IMG/VR virus record: IMGVR_UViG_3300033121_002140
Coordinates: 17,962-81,961 of that record
Source: a virus
Taxonomy: Duplodnaviria; Caudoviricetes
Direction: 5' to 3' (one strand)
Length of the DNA: 64,000 nt
Positions 35,978-44,493 of this stretch are shown piece after piece. The notes below the pieces were generated by a model. The model saw nothing but the letters and a program-made list of their open reading frames with translations, did no database searches and was not told where the DNA came from. Positions within the stretch are counted from its first letter, which is position 1, and every line of letters begins with the position of its first letter. A program made the position numbers and the translations under genes.

Positions 35978-36977
35978 ATCCGTTCCACGATGTGGATGCA
36001 CGAAGCGCTCGAGACAGCGTCAGCAATCCGAGTCTACCCGCGCGGTGCGCCGCGAGAACCCTGATCCAATCCATCCAATAGCCATGGAGCAGCTCCAGAG
36101 CGCCAGACGCCTCGCGGACAGTCGAAACGACGTCACGAGCGGACCTCGCGGCACGCAGCTGACACTCCAGTGCTGCCATCGTCACTGTGGGCGGATGCGT
36201 CATGATCGCAGGCATCGATTTGTCCTGCTCAATGTCGATCGGCGATGCCAGCGTTCGCTGGACCAACCGAAAATCACGCTCGTATACGTGAAGCGAGTTC
36301 GACACGTGTGTGTATGAACCCAATCCCACGGCCAGCTCGAGCGCCATGAGCTCCTGAAAGAGCGTGAAGGCAAAGACGTCGTAGGGCAACCCGATCACGA
36401 GATCGCTCGATCTCATCGAGACGATCAAGTGCAGCCTACCTTCACGTAGAAAGAACTGCAGGGCAAGCGTGCACGGCACGTCTCTTTTGGCCAACCATGA
36501 ATCGGTAGCTGACCGGATCTGGATCACAGCCCGGCGTGAATCTGGGTCACGTCGCAGCTCTTCCTTGATGTACTCCCACTGGGACTGCATGGGCCCTGCC
36601 TTGAGCTCCCACGCTGTTTCCACTTCGTGACCGTGGACCCGCGGATGCCAACGCCTGAAGATCCTTGCACCGTAGGCCGAGTTCGCGGTCTTTCCATCGT
36701 CGCTGATTCCGCGCCAAAAGGGCGCATACCAGCCGATCCAGTCGGTCTCATCGTTTCCCGTCAGGTACCAGAGCGACTCTGCGACTGCATACGACACGGA
36801 ACGGTCCGCTGCAGGCACGAATGCGAGCCTGGCTCTCGGATCTGCCAACGTGAACTTCACTGCCAGCTGTTCTTTCACCCGTTGACCACGGGGTGCGCAT
36901 TCATACGTGGGGTTCTCAAACACGCTCTTGAGCAGGTCCCAGTAGCAAGACGTGAAGCCGCTGTATGCACGTTCCAT
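35958..36977 (-). CDS. Thymidylate-synthase-fold enzyme with dCMP-type Asp (putative dCMP hydroxymethylase/methylase)
   Basis: SDDGKTANSAYG, DPDSRRAVI, catalytic DVPCT, MRSSDLVIGLPYD (Asp where ThyA has Asn), SLHVYERDF. Confidence 0.85.
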   Translation of the reverse strand: MERAYSGFTSCYWDLLKSVFENPTYECAPRGQRVKEQLAVKFTLADPRARLAFVPAADRSVSYAVAESLWYLTGNDETDWIGWYAPFWRGISDDGKTANSAYGARIFRRWHPRVHGHEVETAWELKAGPMQSQWEYIKEELRRDPDSRRAVIQIRSATDSWLAKRDVPCTLALQFFLREGRLHLIVSMRSSDLVIGLPYDVFAFTLFQELMALELAVGLGSYTHVSNSLHVYERDFRLVQRTLASPIDIEQDKSMPAIMTHPPTVTMAALECQLRAARSARDVVSTVREASGALELLHGYWMDWIRVLAAHRAGRLGLLTLSRALRASTSWNGYAKFTR

Positions 36978-36984
36978 TGCCAGA

Positions 36985-37012
36985 AGGATACCTATCAAAA
37001 AGATGGCGTACA
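36985..37012 (-). promoter_or_regulatory. sigma70-type promoter, leaderless; overlaps the divergent gene start
   Basis: TGTACG-N16-TATCCT-N7-ATG 36977. Confidence 0.55.
36988..36994 (+). promoter_or_regulatory. Putative late-promoter heptamer
   Basis: ATACCTA 8 nt before ATG 37003. Confidence 0.6.
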
Positions 37013-37722
37013 TCTACTGCATCACGAACAGGATCGATGGAAAGCGCTACGTCGGACAGACGGCCACGACATTATCCAGGCGTTGGAACGGCCACAAACA
37101 GTCTGCCAAGCGTCATACCAACGATTCACATCTTGCTCGCGCAATCCGTCTGCACGGTCATGACGCATTCATGATCGAACCGCTGCAAGAATGCCAAATC
37201 GATGAGCTCGACGAGCTCGAAAGATGGTGGATCGCGCAGTTGCGCACGCAAGATCCCAACGTCGGCTACAACCTGTCGCCAGGTGGCCTGGGGGGCAATA
37301 GAGGGCTGCGCCGCTCGGACGATGCAAGGGCTAAAATGCGTGCACGACACTGGGCACGCGACGCTAAGCGTCGAGACCAGGCGACCAGGCGGAACAGCGA
37401 ATCGCACGTGGGGATCGAGATGGATCACGAGACTCGTGCCAAGATCTCGAGGAGTCTCGCAGGCCATGTTCGCAGCGAAACAACGAGGACACGCATCGGC
37501 GAGACAAAAAAGGGCTCAAGCAACCCGATGTGGGGCAAGCCCTCCAAAAGACGTCCTGTCGTCCAGTGCACACCTGGTTGGCAGCTTATTGCAGTCCACG
37601 GATCGATCGAAGCTGCTGCGAAGGCCGCAAACGTCTCGGCACCGACCATCCGGTCCGCTTGCGCCCGGGCCGTCATTACGGCGGGATCGCGCTGGTGTTT
37701 TCTTGAGGACGACCCTGTCTAA
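37003..37722 (+). CDS. GIY-YIG homing endonuclease with NUMOD3 and NUMOD1
   Basis: YIYCITNRIDGKRYVGQT, GYNLSPGG, GSSNPMWGK, RPVVQC...SIEAAA; lower GC. Confidence 0.9.
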   Translation: MAYIYCITNRIDGKRYVGQTATTLSRRWNGHKQSAKRHTNDSHLARAIRLHGHDAFMIEPLQECQIDELDELERWWIAQLRTQDPNVGYNLSPGGLGGNRGLRRSDDARAKMRARHWARDAKRRDQATRRNSESHVGIEMDHETRAKISRSLAGHVRSETTRTRIGETKKGSSNPMWGKPSKRRPVVQCTPGWQLIAVHGSIEAAAKAANVSAPTIRSACARAVITAGSRWCFLEDDPV

Positions 37723-38684
37723 GCAACAATCGGGCGTGGGCCGCCCCAGTCGCCGCGGGCCTCGAACCACTCGCACGTCGCCTGCAGGCCTTGCCAGAGG
37801 CCCACCCTCGGCTCGTACCCAAGCACTGTCCGCGCCAGCGAGATGTCAGCGTGCGTCGTATGCACGTCTCCTACCCTGGACGGCGCCTGCACCATAGAAA
37901 GCTCGCCGTAACGTGCCCGCAGCGCCTGCAGGATCTGGTCGTTGGTGTGGGTCTCGCCGCAGGCCACGTTGAAGGCCCGGCCGTCCAGGGCATACGGATG
38001 CGCGGCGGCGAGCATGTTGGCATCGACGACGTTGTCGACATGGCACATGTCGCGGGATTGCGTGCCGTCTCCATCGCTACGCAGCGGCCGTCGACGCATC
38101 ACGGCCGTGAGCCACGCCGCGATCGCGGTCGCGTAGGGAGAGTCCCCCAGGGAACCTGGGCCGAAGACGTTGAAGTACCGCAGGCACACCGACTCGAACC
38201 CATAGAGCCGCGCGTACAGGCCCAGGTAGTCCTCCACAGTGGACTTATGCATCGCGTAGGGTGATGCAGGCCTCCTGGGAGCGTCCTCACGGGTGGGTGT
38301 GACGGCACCGGGCCCATACACGGCTGACGAGGACGAGAACACGAACCGCAGCCTGCGGCGCGCCAGGCGACATGCCTCGACCAGACGCATGGTGCGGTTG
38401 ACGTTGACCTCGAACGTGCGCTCTGGATGCTCGACAGTGTAGGAGACCCTGGGCAGTGCCGCCATGTGGAACACGACGTCGTATCGACCGCTGCGAACCC
38501 GGGCCAGCACCTCGTCCGAGGCCATGTCCTCCTCTAGAAACGACCAGCACTGTTGGGCCGGCGTCTTGTCGCAGGACGCCGTCAGGTCGTCCACCGCATC
38601 CACGGCCCAGCCCTCGCTGAGGAGCCGACGCGTCAGGTGGGACCCGATGAACCCGCAGGCGCCTGTCACGAGCGATGTCGGCAT
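37719..38684 (-). CDS. NAD-dependent UDP-sugar 4-epimerase (extended SDR, GalE/WbpP-like)
   Basis: VTGACGFIGSHL, HMAA, SSSSAVYG, YAMHK, RYFNVFGP, RDMCHVDNVV. Confidence 0.92.
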   Translation of the reverse strand: MPTSLVTGACGFIGSHLTRRLLSEGWAVDAVDDLTASCDKTPAQQCWSFLEEDMASDEVLARVRSGRYDVVFHMAALPRVSYTVEHPERTFEVNVNRTMRLVEACRLARRRLRFVFSSSSAVYGPGAVTPTREDAPRRPASPYAMHKSTVEDYLGLYARLYGFESVCLRYFNVFGPGSLGDSPYATAIAAWLTAVMRRRPLRSDGDGTQSRDMCHVDNVVDANMLAAAHPYALDGRAFNVACGETHTNDQILQALRARYGELSMVQAPSRVGDVHTTHADISLARTVLGYEPRVGLWQGLQATCEWFEARGDWGGPRPIVA

Positions 38685-38731
38685 GGCTCAAATTATCGCG
38701 CGCCATTGGCGGCTTGGGTCACGCCAGGTGG

Positions 38732-38956
38732 TCAGGCGACGCTGGTCGCATGCGCTCGGAAGAAGTCGTACGCGTCCTCGTGGGAGACCTGCGCCGCGCT
38801 CGCGATGTAGGCCACCGCATCGTCATCCCCGTAACCCCGCGCCATCGCGTCGTCCAGGGCGACCGCCATCTCGCCCTCGTCAGCGGGCGTGACGCGTTCC
38901 ATCTCTTCCCTGATCAGGTGCCGAAGTCGACGCACGGTGAGCATCATCGTCGTCAC
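38732..38956 (-). CDS. Small hypothetical protein with N-terminal tag
   Basis: MLTVRRLRHLIREEME. Confidence 0.6.
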   Translation of the reverse strand: MTTMMLTVRRLRHLIREEMERVTPADEGEMAVALDDAMARGYGDDDAVAYIASAAQVSHEDAYDFFRAHATSVA

Positions 38957-38961
38957 CTCGC

Positions 38962-39360
38962 TCAGTGCATGCTGAGCAGCGCATCCGTCAGGGGCTGCCT
39001 GTACTGCTCGGCGTCGTCGACGTCGCGCCTGCGTGACAGGTGCGTGATCACAGCTGGCACGACCTCATGCTCCAGGAAGTCCTCGTAGAGGTCGTAACCT
39101 TGGGACTCCCACTCACGCCAGGCCTCCCTGAGGCGCTGGAGCAGGTCGCCGCCCATGTAGCCCAGGTCCGTGACCTCGTCCACGATGTGCTCAGGCACGT
39201 CCGCCTGGGTCATCGCGTGGCCCACCCATTCACGAAACTCGTTCCACGTCGAAGCCTCAGGCGATGTGGGAGGCGGCTTGTTGGGAGCCTTGCCCGCCTC
39301 CACCAGGCGAGCAGCCTCTTCCTTGATGATCTGCCTGAGCCGTCCGACCGCGATGCGCAT
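38962..39360 (-). CDS. Hypothetical protein with N-terminal tag
   Basis: MRIAVGRLRQIIKEEAARLVEA. Confidence 0.7.
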   Translation of the reverse strand: MRIAVGRLRQIIKEEAARLVEAGKAPNKPPPTSPEASTWNEFREWVGHAMTQADVPEHIVDEVTDLGYMGGDLLQRLREAWREWESQGYDLYEDFLEHEVVPAVITHLSRRRDVDDAEQYRQPLTDALLSMH

Positions 39361-39365
39361 ATGGC

Positions 39366-39372
39366 TAGGTAT
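39366..39372 (-). promoter_or_regulatory. Putative late-promoter heptamer
   Basis: ATACCTA 5 nt before ATG 39360. Confidence 0.6.
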
Positions 39373-39930
39373 TCACAAGACCAGCGCGGCCCGCAGCTCC
39401 GTGATCTGACGCCCGAGGTCCTCGTCGTCCACCGTGAGCCGCGTCACCCTGCAGCCGGTCGTCTCGACGAACTCCCGGTAGAGACCGTCGATCTGCATCA
39501 GCCGCGCTGGCCCGAGCTCGTCCGGGAACCTGTCGTCCCTGATCCCGGCGTACGAGGTGCGGGTGCACAGGACCAGGTCGGCACCCAGGGCCGCGTACCT
39601 GGCGTCCGCGTGCCACACGGCCGCGTCGTCCCGAGCACGGCCCATCGCCCTCGAATACACCCACTCGCACGGATAGCCGCGGTCCTTGACCATGCTGGCG
39701 CCAGATGCCCGGAGAAACGATGCCAGGTACTCGTCGCCGTAACGGACCGTGCGTGCGAAGCGCGTCGGGTCGTCCTTGAAAGCGTCCCACTCGCGGTCGT
39801 ATTTCCAGTATGGGATCCCGACCGCCGCCGACAACCCGCGCGCGATCTCGGTCTTGCCACATCGATCTGGTCCAACCATCACGATGATGCGCTGTTCACG
39901 GTTTTCTGAAGTACTCGAACGTCCGTTCAT
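39373..39930 (-). CDS. Thymidylate-kinase-like dNMP kinase
   Basis: P-loop GPDRCGKT; DRGYPCEWVY; start uncertain. Confidence 0.8.
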   Translation of the reverse strand: MNGRSSTSENREQRIIVMVGPDRCGKTEIARGLSAAVGIPYWKYDREWDAFKDDPTRFARTVRYGDEYLASFLRASGASMVKDRGYPCEWVYSRAMGRARDDAAVWHADARYAALGADLVLCTRTSYAGIRDDRFPDELGPARLMQIDGLYREFVETTGCRVTRLTVDDEDLGRQITELRAALVL

Positions 39931-40708
39931 CCCACTTCACTCCTTCAACAGCAAGAAGCTCTTGGAACGAGAGCTTCGGAAAGTCGTCCTCGGTGACTAC
40001 CCTGAACTCCAGTCCCCGCTCTGCGCAGTACGCCCGGGCGGCTTCGAACTTCGCCATGTTCTTAGGCGTCTTCGCCAATCTGCTCGGCTTCACCTCGAAC
40101 AGCAACCCTTGCGATGGCACACCGAAGTCAGGTCGGTAGGTACCGCCCGACCAGCGAATCAGGTGTGCCTCGTAGTCTAGGTCGTGCTGCACGTCCAAAC
40201 CCATCGAGCGTTCTGCATGCAAGAGGAATGAGAGCTCGAACAAGCTACGGAAGAAGACACCCTTGTACCAGCCTTTGACGGACCGACCGCTGCGGGCATA
40301 CACTTTCCCCCACGCAGGATTGTTCTCGCCTGAGACAGCCGCCGACGTCCGCCGAGAGATGTCAGCGGCACGTTCCTCGCCATAGATCTCCGCGTTCGTC
40401 TTGCCAGTGCGGTGCTGCGTCACGCGCTGTAGACCATGCACATGGTCATGTCGACCGTGCATTGGATTCTTCTCACCGGACGTTGCCTTCGACATCGTCA
40501 GCTTGAATCGTCGCGTTCTCTCAGCACCTTCGACGGCACCGAGCTTGGCTTCAAAGCGCTCCTGCACTGATCGACCACGCTGCCACGCATTTAGGCATGA
40601 CACGCAGCAAAACCGCGGCAGCTGCTTTCGAGACGGCCACACGGTCTTGACCGCGGTCTTTCCGCACTGCGGGTTCTGACACACGAACTCGTACGCGACG
40701 GGCGACAT
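39896..40708 (-). CDS. Homing-endonuclease-like protein: Cys-rich N-terminus, NUMOD3-like repeats, TnsA-like PD-(D/E)XK domain
   Basis: CQNPQC, FCCVSC, GEKNPMHG, FRSLFE, YRPDF, FEVKP, KFEAARAYC..RGLEFRVVTE; ATACCTTA upstream. Confidence 0.78.
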   Translation of the reverse strand: MSPVAYEFVCQNPQCGKTAVKTVWPSRKQLPRFCCVSCLNAWQRGRSVQERFEAKLGAVEGAERTRRFKLTMSKATSGEKNPMHGRHDHVHGLQRVTQHRTGKTNAEIYGEERAADISRRTSAAVSGENNPAWGKVYARSGRSVKGWYKGVFFRSLFELSFLLHAERSMGLDVQHDLDYEAHLIRWSGGTYRPDFGVPSQGLLFEVKPSRLAKTPKNMAKFEAARAYCAERGLEFRVVTEDDFPKLSFQELLAVEGVKWDERTFEYFRKP

Positions 40709-40744
40709 GATCTAAGGTATTGTCAGGGCCTTGAGATGTGCGGT

Positions 40745-41326
40745 CTATCCTGCCTTCAATCGCCAGTCATCACTCCGTCTCACCATGCCGATTTTTTTCA
40801 CACGCACAGACTCCGTGGCCCACACCTCACCCGAGTCACGAGAATCAGGCACGCAGTGCTTGAACAAGGCTTGCACGGCTGGATCTGCCTTGGCGCGCGT
40901 GATGTCAGCATCGTGCTGCCTCTGCGTCCACCGTCTCGAGCTCGTGACGTAGGGCCCGAAGTATGCTGGAAAGCGAGCATTGATGAACTTGAAGACGTCG
41001 AACTGCGCGATTTTCTTCGACGCGTGGCTGGGACACCGGACGCGAGCGGGCTCGACCATGCCGGGCAGGTTGTCGACCGCGTAGACGTGGTACGCCTGTG
41101 CGAGCGTCTGCAGCCCATCGAGCGCGGCCTCGACGCTGGTCGCGAACGAGACGCGCGGCGTAAACCAGTCCTCGATGGGCATGCCTCGAAACTCGAGAGG
41201 ATGCCTGGGAACACGTGGGACCAACACGACAGAAGGTCCCAGGTCTTTTTCCGAGAGGTGATAGTAGCTCTGGTCGCTGACTGCCTCGCGGATGAGGCTC
41301 CGGAGCCAACCCATCGAAACCTGCAT
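40745..41326 (-). CDS. Putative ADP-ribosyltransferase-fold protein with N-terminal tag
   Basis: MQVSMGWLRSLIREA; YYHLS...PRVSFATSVEAAL...YHVYA...VPDSRDSGEVW. Confidence 0.55.
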   Translation of the reverse strand: MQVSMGWLRSLIREAVSDQSYYHLSEKDLGPSVVLVPRVPRHPLEFRGMPIEDWFTPRVSFATSVEAALDGLQTLAQAYHVYAVDNLPGMVEPARVRCPSHASKKIAQFDVFKFINARFPAYFGPYVTSSRRWTQRQHDADITRAKADPAVQALFKHCVPDSRDSGEVWATESVRVKKIGMVRRSDDWRLKAG

Positions 41327-41332
41327 GCCAAA

Positions 41333-41339
41333 CAAGTAT
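41333..41339 (-). promoter_or_regulatory. Putative late-promoter heptamer (variant)
   Basis: ATACTTG 6 nt before ATG 41326. Confidence 0.45.
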
Positions 41340-41344
41340 CGGTC

Positions 41345-41557
41345 TCAGGCCGAGGGCTGACACACGCACTCGAGCCCCGCGAAGGGTCCAGTCACGAGCT
41401 CGGCGATCACTCGGCCGTCGAGCGTGCGCTCGAGCTCCACCGTGTGCGCCGCCTGCGGCTCGTCCGTGTGGATCGTCAGGCGCCTGCACACATGTTCGTC
41501 ACCGCGCGCGAAGGCGGCCATCTCCTCGAGAAACTCAGCCGTGAACTCGATTTTCAT
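41345..41557 (-). CDS. Small hypothetical protein
   Basis: MKIEFTAEFLEE; ATGA coupling. Confidence 0.55.
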   Translation of the reverse strand: MKIEFTAEFLEEMAAFARGDEHVCRRLTIHTDEPQAAHTVELERTLDGRVIAELVTGPFAGLECVCQPSA

Positions 41558-41889
41558 GCCTCTCTCCTCGTCACCAGCTCGACCAGCACGTCCCCATGGC
41601 ACTCCGCGGGCTTGCACCTGCATGACAGCACGACGTCCCCCAGTGCCGGTAGGCACCCGAGGATCCACTCCCGGCGCTCGGGCTCCAGCTCCCGGTCGGA
41701 CTCACCCAGCAGCCACGACCTGTAGCGCGACACGGCCTCGGCCCTGCTGCCCACGGCGACCGCCGCCAGTGTGCCTGTCGTGTGCGAGAACGGGTTGCCA
41801 AAGTGCATGCCCACGCGGCGGCGCGTGATGTCGATCGCGCCGGGACCCGGGGCCTCCCGGTGAGAGTTGACGACCCTCGCCTGGGTCAC
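41554..41889 (-). CDS. DUF4326-family protein
   Basis: IDITR...FGNPF...AVSRYRSWL...LSCRCKPAECHGDVL. Confidence 0.85.
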   Translation of the reverse strand: MTQARVVNSHREAPGPGAIDITRRRVGMHFGNPFSHTTGTLAAVAVGSRAEAVSRYRSWLLGESDRELEPERREWILGCLPALGDVVLSCRCKPAECHGDVLVELVTRREA

Positions 41890-42170
41890 TGGGCCCCCTG
41901 CGCGTGCCTGTCGTGCTGGCGCAGGACGCCCGCCATGCTGATCATGTCTTGGCCCGTGATCTCCACGATCGTGCGCCATGCGGTCACGACCTTCCCGAAG
42001 CACACTGGGCACAGCCAGATGAACGTGAGCCCGTCGCTCACGTCGCAGATGTTGCCGAATCCGGTCTTGCGCCGGATCTCGCCCGCATCGTCTCCTCGGC
42101 TGTGCTCACATGAACGTGCGCCACAACGGCACACCAGCGTCGCCGTCTCATCACACACCGACACGGTCAT
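41886..42170 (-). CDS. Small Cys-rich hypothetical protein
   Basis: CRCG...WLCPVC. Confidence 0.55.
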   Translation of the reverse strand: MTVSVCDETATLVCRCGARSCEHSRGDDAGEIRRKTGFGNICDVSDGLTFIWLCPVCFGKVVTAWRTIVEITGQDMISMAGVLRQHDRHAQGAQ

Positions 42171-42505
42171 CCTCCGATCCTCGCACCGTCCATGACGACG
42201 AGCCCGCCTTCGGGCACGGTCGCCAAGCGATCCACCACGTCGCTCGGCTCGGCATGATCTTGCGCCGACCACGACGCCGTCGAGCGCTCCGAGTCCTCGG
42301 CGTCCCAGCGGGCCAACCGTGCCACCACCCAATCGATTCCGTGTTTTTCTCTGCGGGCGATCGCCCACGCCTCGTCGTACCGAGGGTGATCCATCGCCTT
42401 CACGCGAGCCTGCTCTTCTGCACGCTCACGCATCATGCGGTCCCAGCCGGTCTCAAAGCCCGAGTCGAAGTCGCTGCCGCCGAAGTCGTCGGGTCCCACG
42501 TTCAT
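42167..42505 (-). CDS. Hypothetical protein
   Basis: Coupled ORF. Confidence 0.55.
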   Translation of the reverse strand: MNVGPDDFGGSDFDSGFETGWDRMMRERAEEQARVKAMDHPRYDEAWAIARREKHGIDWVVARLARWDAEDSERSTASWSAQDHAEPSDVVDRLATVPEGGLVVMDGARIGG

Positions 42506-42846
42506 GACGCCGTCTCCAGGTAGGGCAAGATGTCAGTCGAATCGACGTCCCACACCATGAGGGTCTTAAAGGCACCCTCCACGTCGCCTTGGGCGTGCTG
42601 AAGGGCCTGTGGACCCTTTGGATGAGTCTCGACAGATGCCTGCATGAAGGCCGACAGCTCGGCCTCGCGCTCTGGGTCGATGGGCACCCACAGCCCAGGC
42701 GTCCTGCCGAGCGTGTGGCTCTCGAAGGCGGTTTGCTCCATCAGGGCGTCGTCCTGCATCTGCCTCAACAGCGCGGCCTGCACCCCTGGGTCCATGGGCC
42801 GGGTCGCCCGGGGCTGCGGCACGAAAGAAGGCGTGTGGACCCTCAC
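42502..42846 (-). CDS. Hypothetical protein
   Basis: Coupled ORF. Confidence 0.55.
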   Translation of the reverse strand: MRVHTPSFVPQPRATRPMDPGVQAALLRQMQDDALMEQTAFESHTLGRTPGLWVPIDPEREAELSAFMQASVETHPKGPQALQHAQGDVEGAFKTLMVWDVDSTDILPYLETAS

Positions 42847-44057
42847 GGCTCCAGCTCTTTCCGGGCCGCGGCCTCGATCATGTCGACCCGGTGCCCAGGC
42901 GAGAAGTCGGCCAACGCCCGCAGGGCACGTTCCTGCGCGGAGACCAGATGGTCGCGGTCCGCGGCCGACATGTCGGCCAGGTTTTTGACCTTCCGCACCA
43001 CATCCTCGGGACCGTTCACCAGGAGCCCGCAGCCGTCGCCCACCTCACGCATGGGCAGGCTCTCGGCGGGCACCAGGGCGGGCACGCCCGCGGCGACCGC
43101 CTCCAGGTACCGCATCGTGATGTTGCCGTGTCTCGCGTACTCGGGCTTCGTGATGTGACACACGGCCACGCTGTCGTTCAGGGTCCCGTACACGTCCCGA
43201 AACGGAAGGCGCGGCACGAAGGCTACGCCAGGATACGCCTGCAGCACCCCACGCGGGTGCTGCCGCTCGGGCGAGGGCGTGAGCCAGTTGCCGTGCACGG
43301 TCGTCTGAAGGCCCAGCCTTTCCCGGAGCTCCCGGGCAGGGCCGGCATAGTAGCGCACGAACTGGTCGTCACGCTCGTAGTTGTTGCCCACGTAGCGGTA
43401 GTGCACGGAGCCCTGGCGGGCCTTGTGGACCCTCGTAAAGTCGCTGCAGAAAGGCATGCGGACCCTGGGCCGCGTCAGCTCCCTAGGCCTGAGGCAGGGA
43501 TCGCACACGGTCACCTTGGGCCACCGACGCTCGTCCTCCTCCGACACCTTCAGGTCCGTGTCGAGGACCACGATGGGCGTGCCCATGCGGGAATAGTGGT
43601 CCAGGAGCTCGACCTGGCGGTCCCAGTCGATCGTGGGCTTGCCCACGATCCGCCACCGCCATTCGACGAAGAGCACGTCGAGCTCGGGCAAGCCAGAACC
43701 CGCGCTGGAATCATCGACCTCGATCGGATAGCTGAGGACGCACGGATCACCCGGCACGGGCGATGAGTCGATCCTGTAGTTTGGCACGGACCTGCCCTGT
43801 TCGAAGCAGGCCGCGATCATCGTGGTGCCTGCCTCACGGATCGCGGCGGGCGTGCCTGCAAACCTGTTCAAGAATGCGTACCGCGTCTTCTCCCGCCTCT
43901 GCTGCAGCTGGATGACGCTGTGCCCCCTGCGCAGGAGCTCGTCCACCATCAGATGGCGCTCGCCGCGTAGGCCATCGGGCGTCTCGACCACGTGGCTGTC
44001 GCAGGGGCGCTCGAGAAAACCCCAGAACGAAACGCCACAACGCAAAGACCGACTCAT
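42843..44057 (-). CDS. GT-B glycosyltransferase resembling T4 DNA beta-glucosyltransferase
   Basis: PIVVLDTDLK (cf. BGT YLFTDIR), YVGNNYER, HGNW, AFVPRLPFRDV, NITMRYLEAVAAGVPAL (cf. BGT FITLRVWETMAS); by-eye comparison. Confidence 0.75.
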   Translation of the reverse strand: MSRSLRCGVSFWGFLERPCDSHVVETPDGLRGERHLMVDELLRRGHSVIQLQQRREKTRYAFLNRFAGTPAAIREAGTTMIAACFEQGRSVPNYRIDSSPVPGDPCVLSYPIEVDDSSAGSGLPELDVLFVEWRWRIVGKPTIDWDRQVELLDHYSRMGTPIVVLDTDLKVSEEDERRWPKVTVCDPCLRPRELTRPRVRMPFCSDFTRVHKARQGSVHYRYVGNNYERDDQFVRYYAGPARELRERLGLQTTVHGNWLTPSPERQHPRGVLQAYPGVAFVPRLPFRDVYGTLNDSVAVCHITKPEYARHGNITMRYLEAVAAGVPALVPAESLPMREVGDGCGLLVNGPEDVVRKVKNLADMSAADRDHLVSAQERALRALADFSPGHRVDMIEAAARKELEP

Positions 44058-44464
44058 AGGGGCTCCTTATACTCAAAAGGAGCTAGCATCGACACATGGC
44101 ATGCATCTACTGCATCACCAACAAGACAAATGGAAAACGCTACGTGGGCAAAACGACAGGGTGTCCCGCAGAACGTTGGCGTGGGCACCCGGAGGCACAG
44201 CACGGCAGGCGCGGCATCGTTGTCCTGCAGCTTTCGTGCCAGGATGACGGCGGGCGAGCCGTCCTCGGCGCTGGAGGCATCTGACTGGGCACCCGGCAGC
44301 AGGCCTTCCTTGCCCAGGATGTCCACGAGCGACGCAGCGTCGTTCACGACGTGCCACAGCTCCACCATGGAGCCCGTGGGCACGAAGCGTGCCCATGTCG
44401 TTGGGTCTGTCGGATCGAGCGCCTCACTGAGAAAGGCCCTGACGAGGCAGCGCAGCTCGTACAT
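44054..44464 (-). CDS. ART-like protein with N-terminal tag; C-terminus probably replaced by a rearrangement
   Basis: MYELRCLVRAFLSEA; LWHVVNDAASLVDILGKEGLLPG; last ~40 codons are antisense to a GIY-YIG fragment. Confidence 0.5.
   Translation of the reverse strand: MYELRCLVRAFLSEALDPTDPTTWARFVPTGSMVELWHVVNDAASLVDILGKEGLLPGAQSDASSAEDGSPAVILARKLQDNDAAPAVLCLRVPTPTFCGTPCRFAHVAFSICLVGDAVDACHVSMLAPFEYKEPL
44066..44094 (-). promoter_or_regulatory. sigma70-type promoter of the glycosyltransferase
   Basis: TGTCGA-N17-TATAAG-N8-ATG. Confidence 0.5.
44096..44190 (+). pseudogene. Truncated GIY-YIG endonuclease remnant
   Basis: MACIYCITNKTNGKRYVGKTTGCPAERWRGH, then homology stops. Confidence 0.75.
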
Positions 44465-44471
44465 GCAGGGA

Positions 44472-44478
44472 TAAATAG
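44472..44478 (-). promoter_or_regulatory. Putative late-promoter heptamer
   Basis: CTATTTA 7 nt before ATG 44464. Confidence 0.55.
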
Positions 44479-44493
44479 CTCTCCGGGCGCGCG

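Noticed and set aside
35958-36977. Canonical thymidylate synthase thyA
   Set aside because: Asp replaces the dUMP-selecting Asn, so the thyA symbol was withheld
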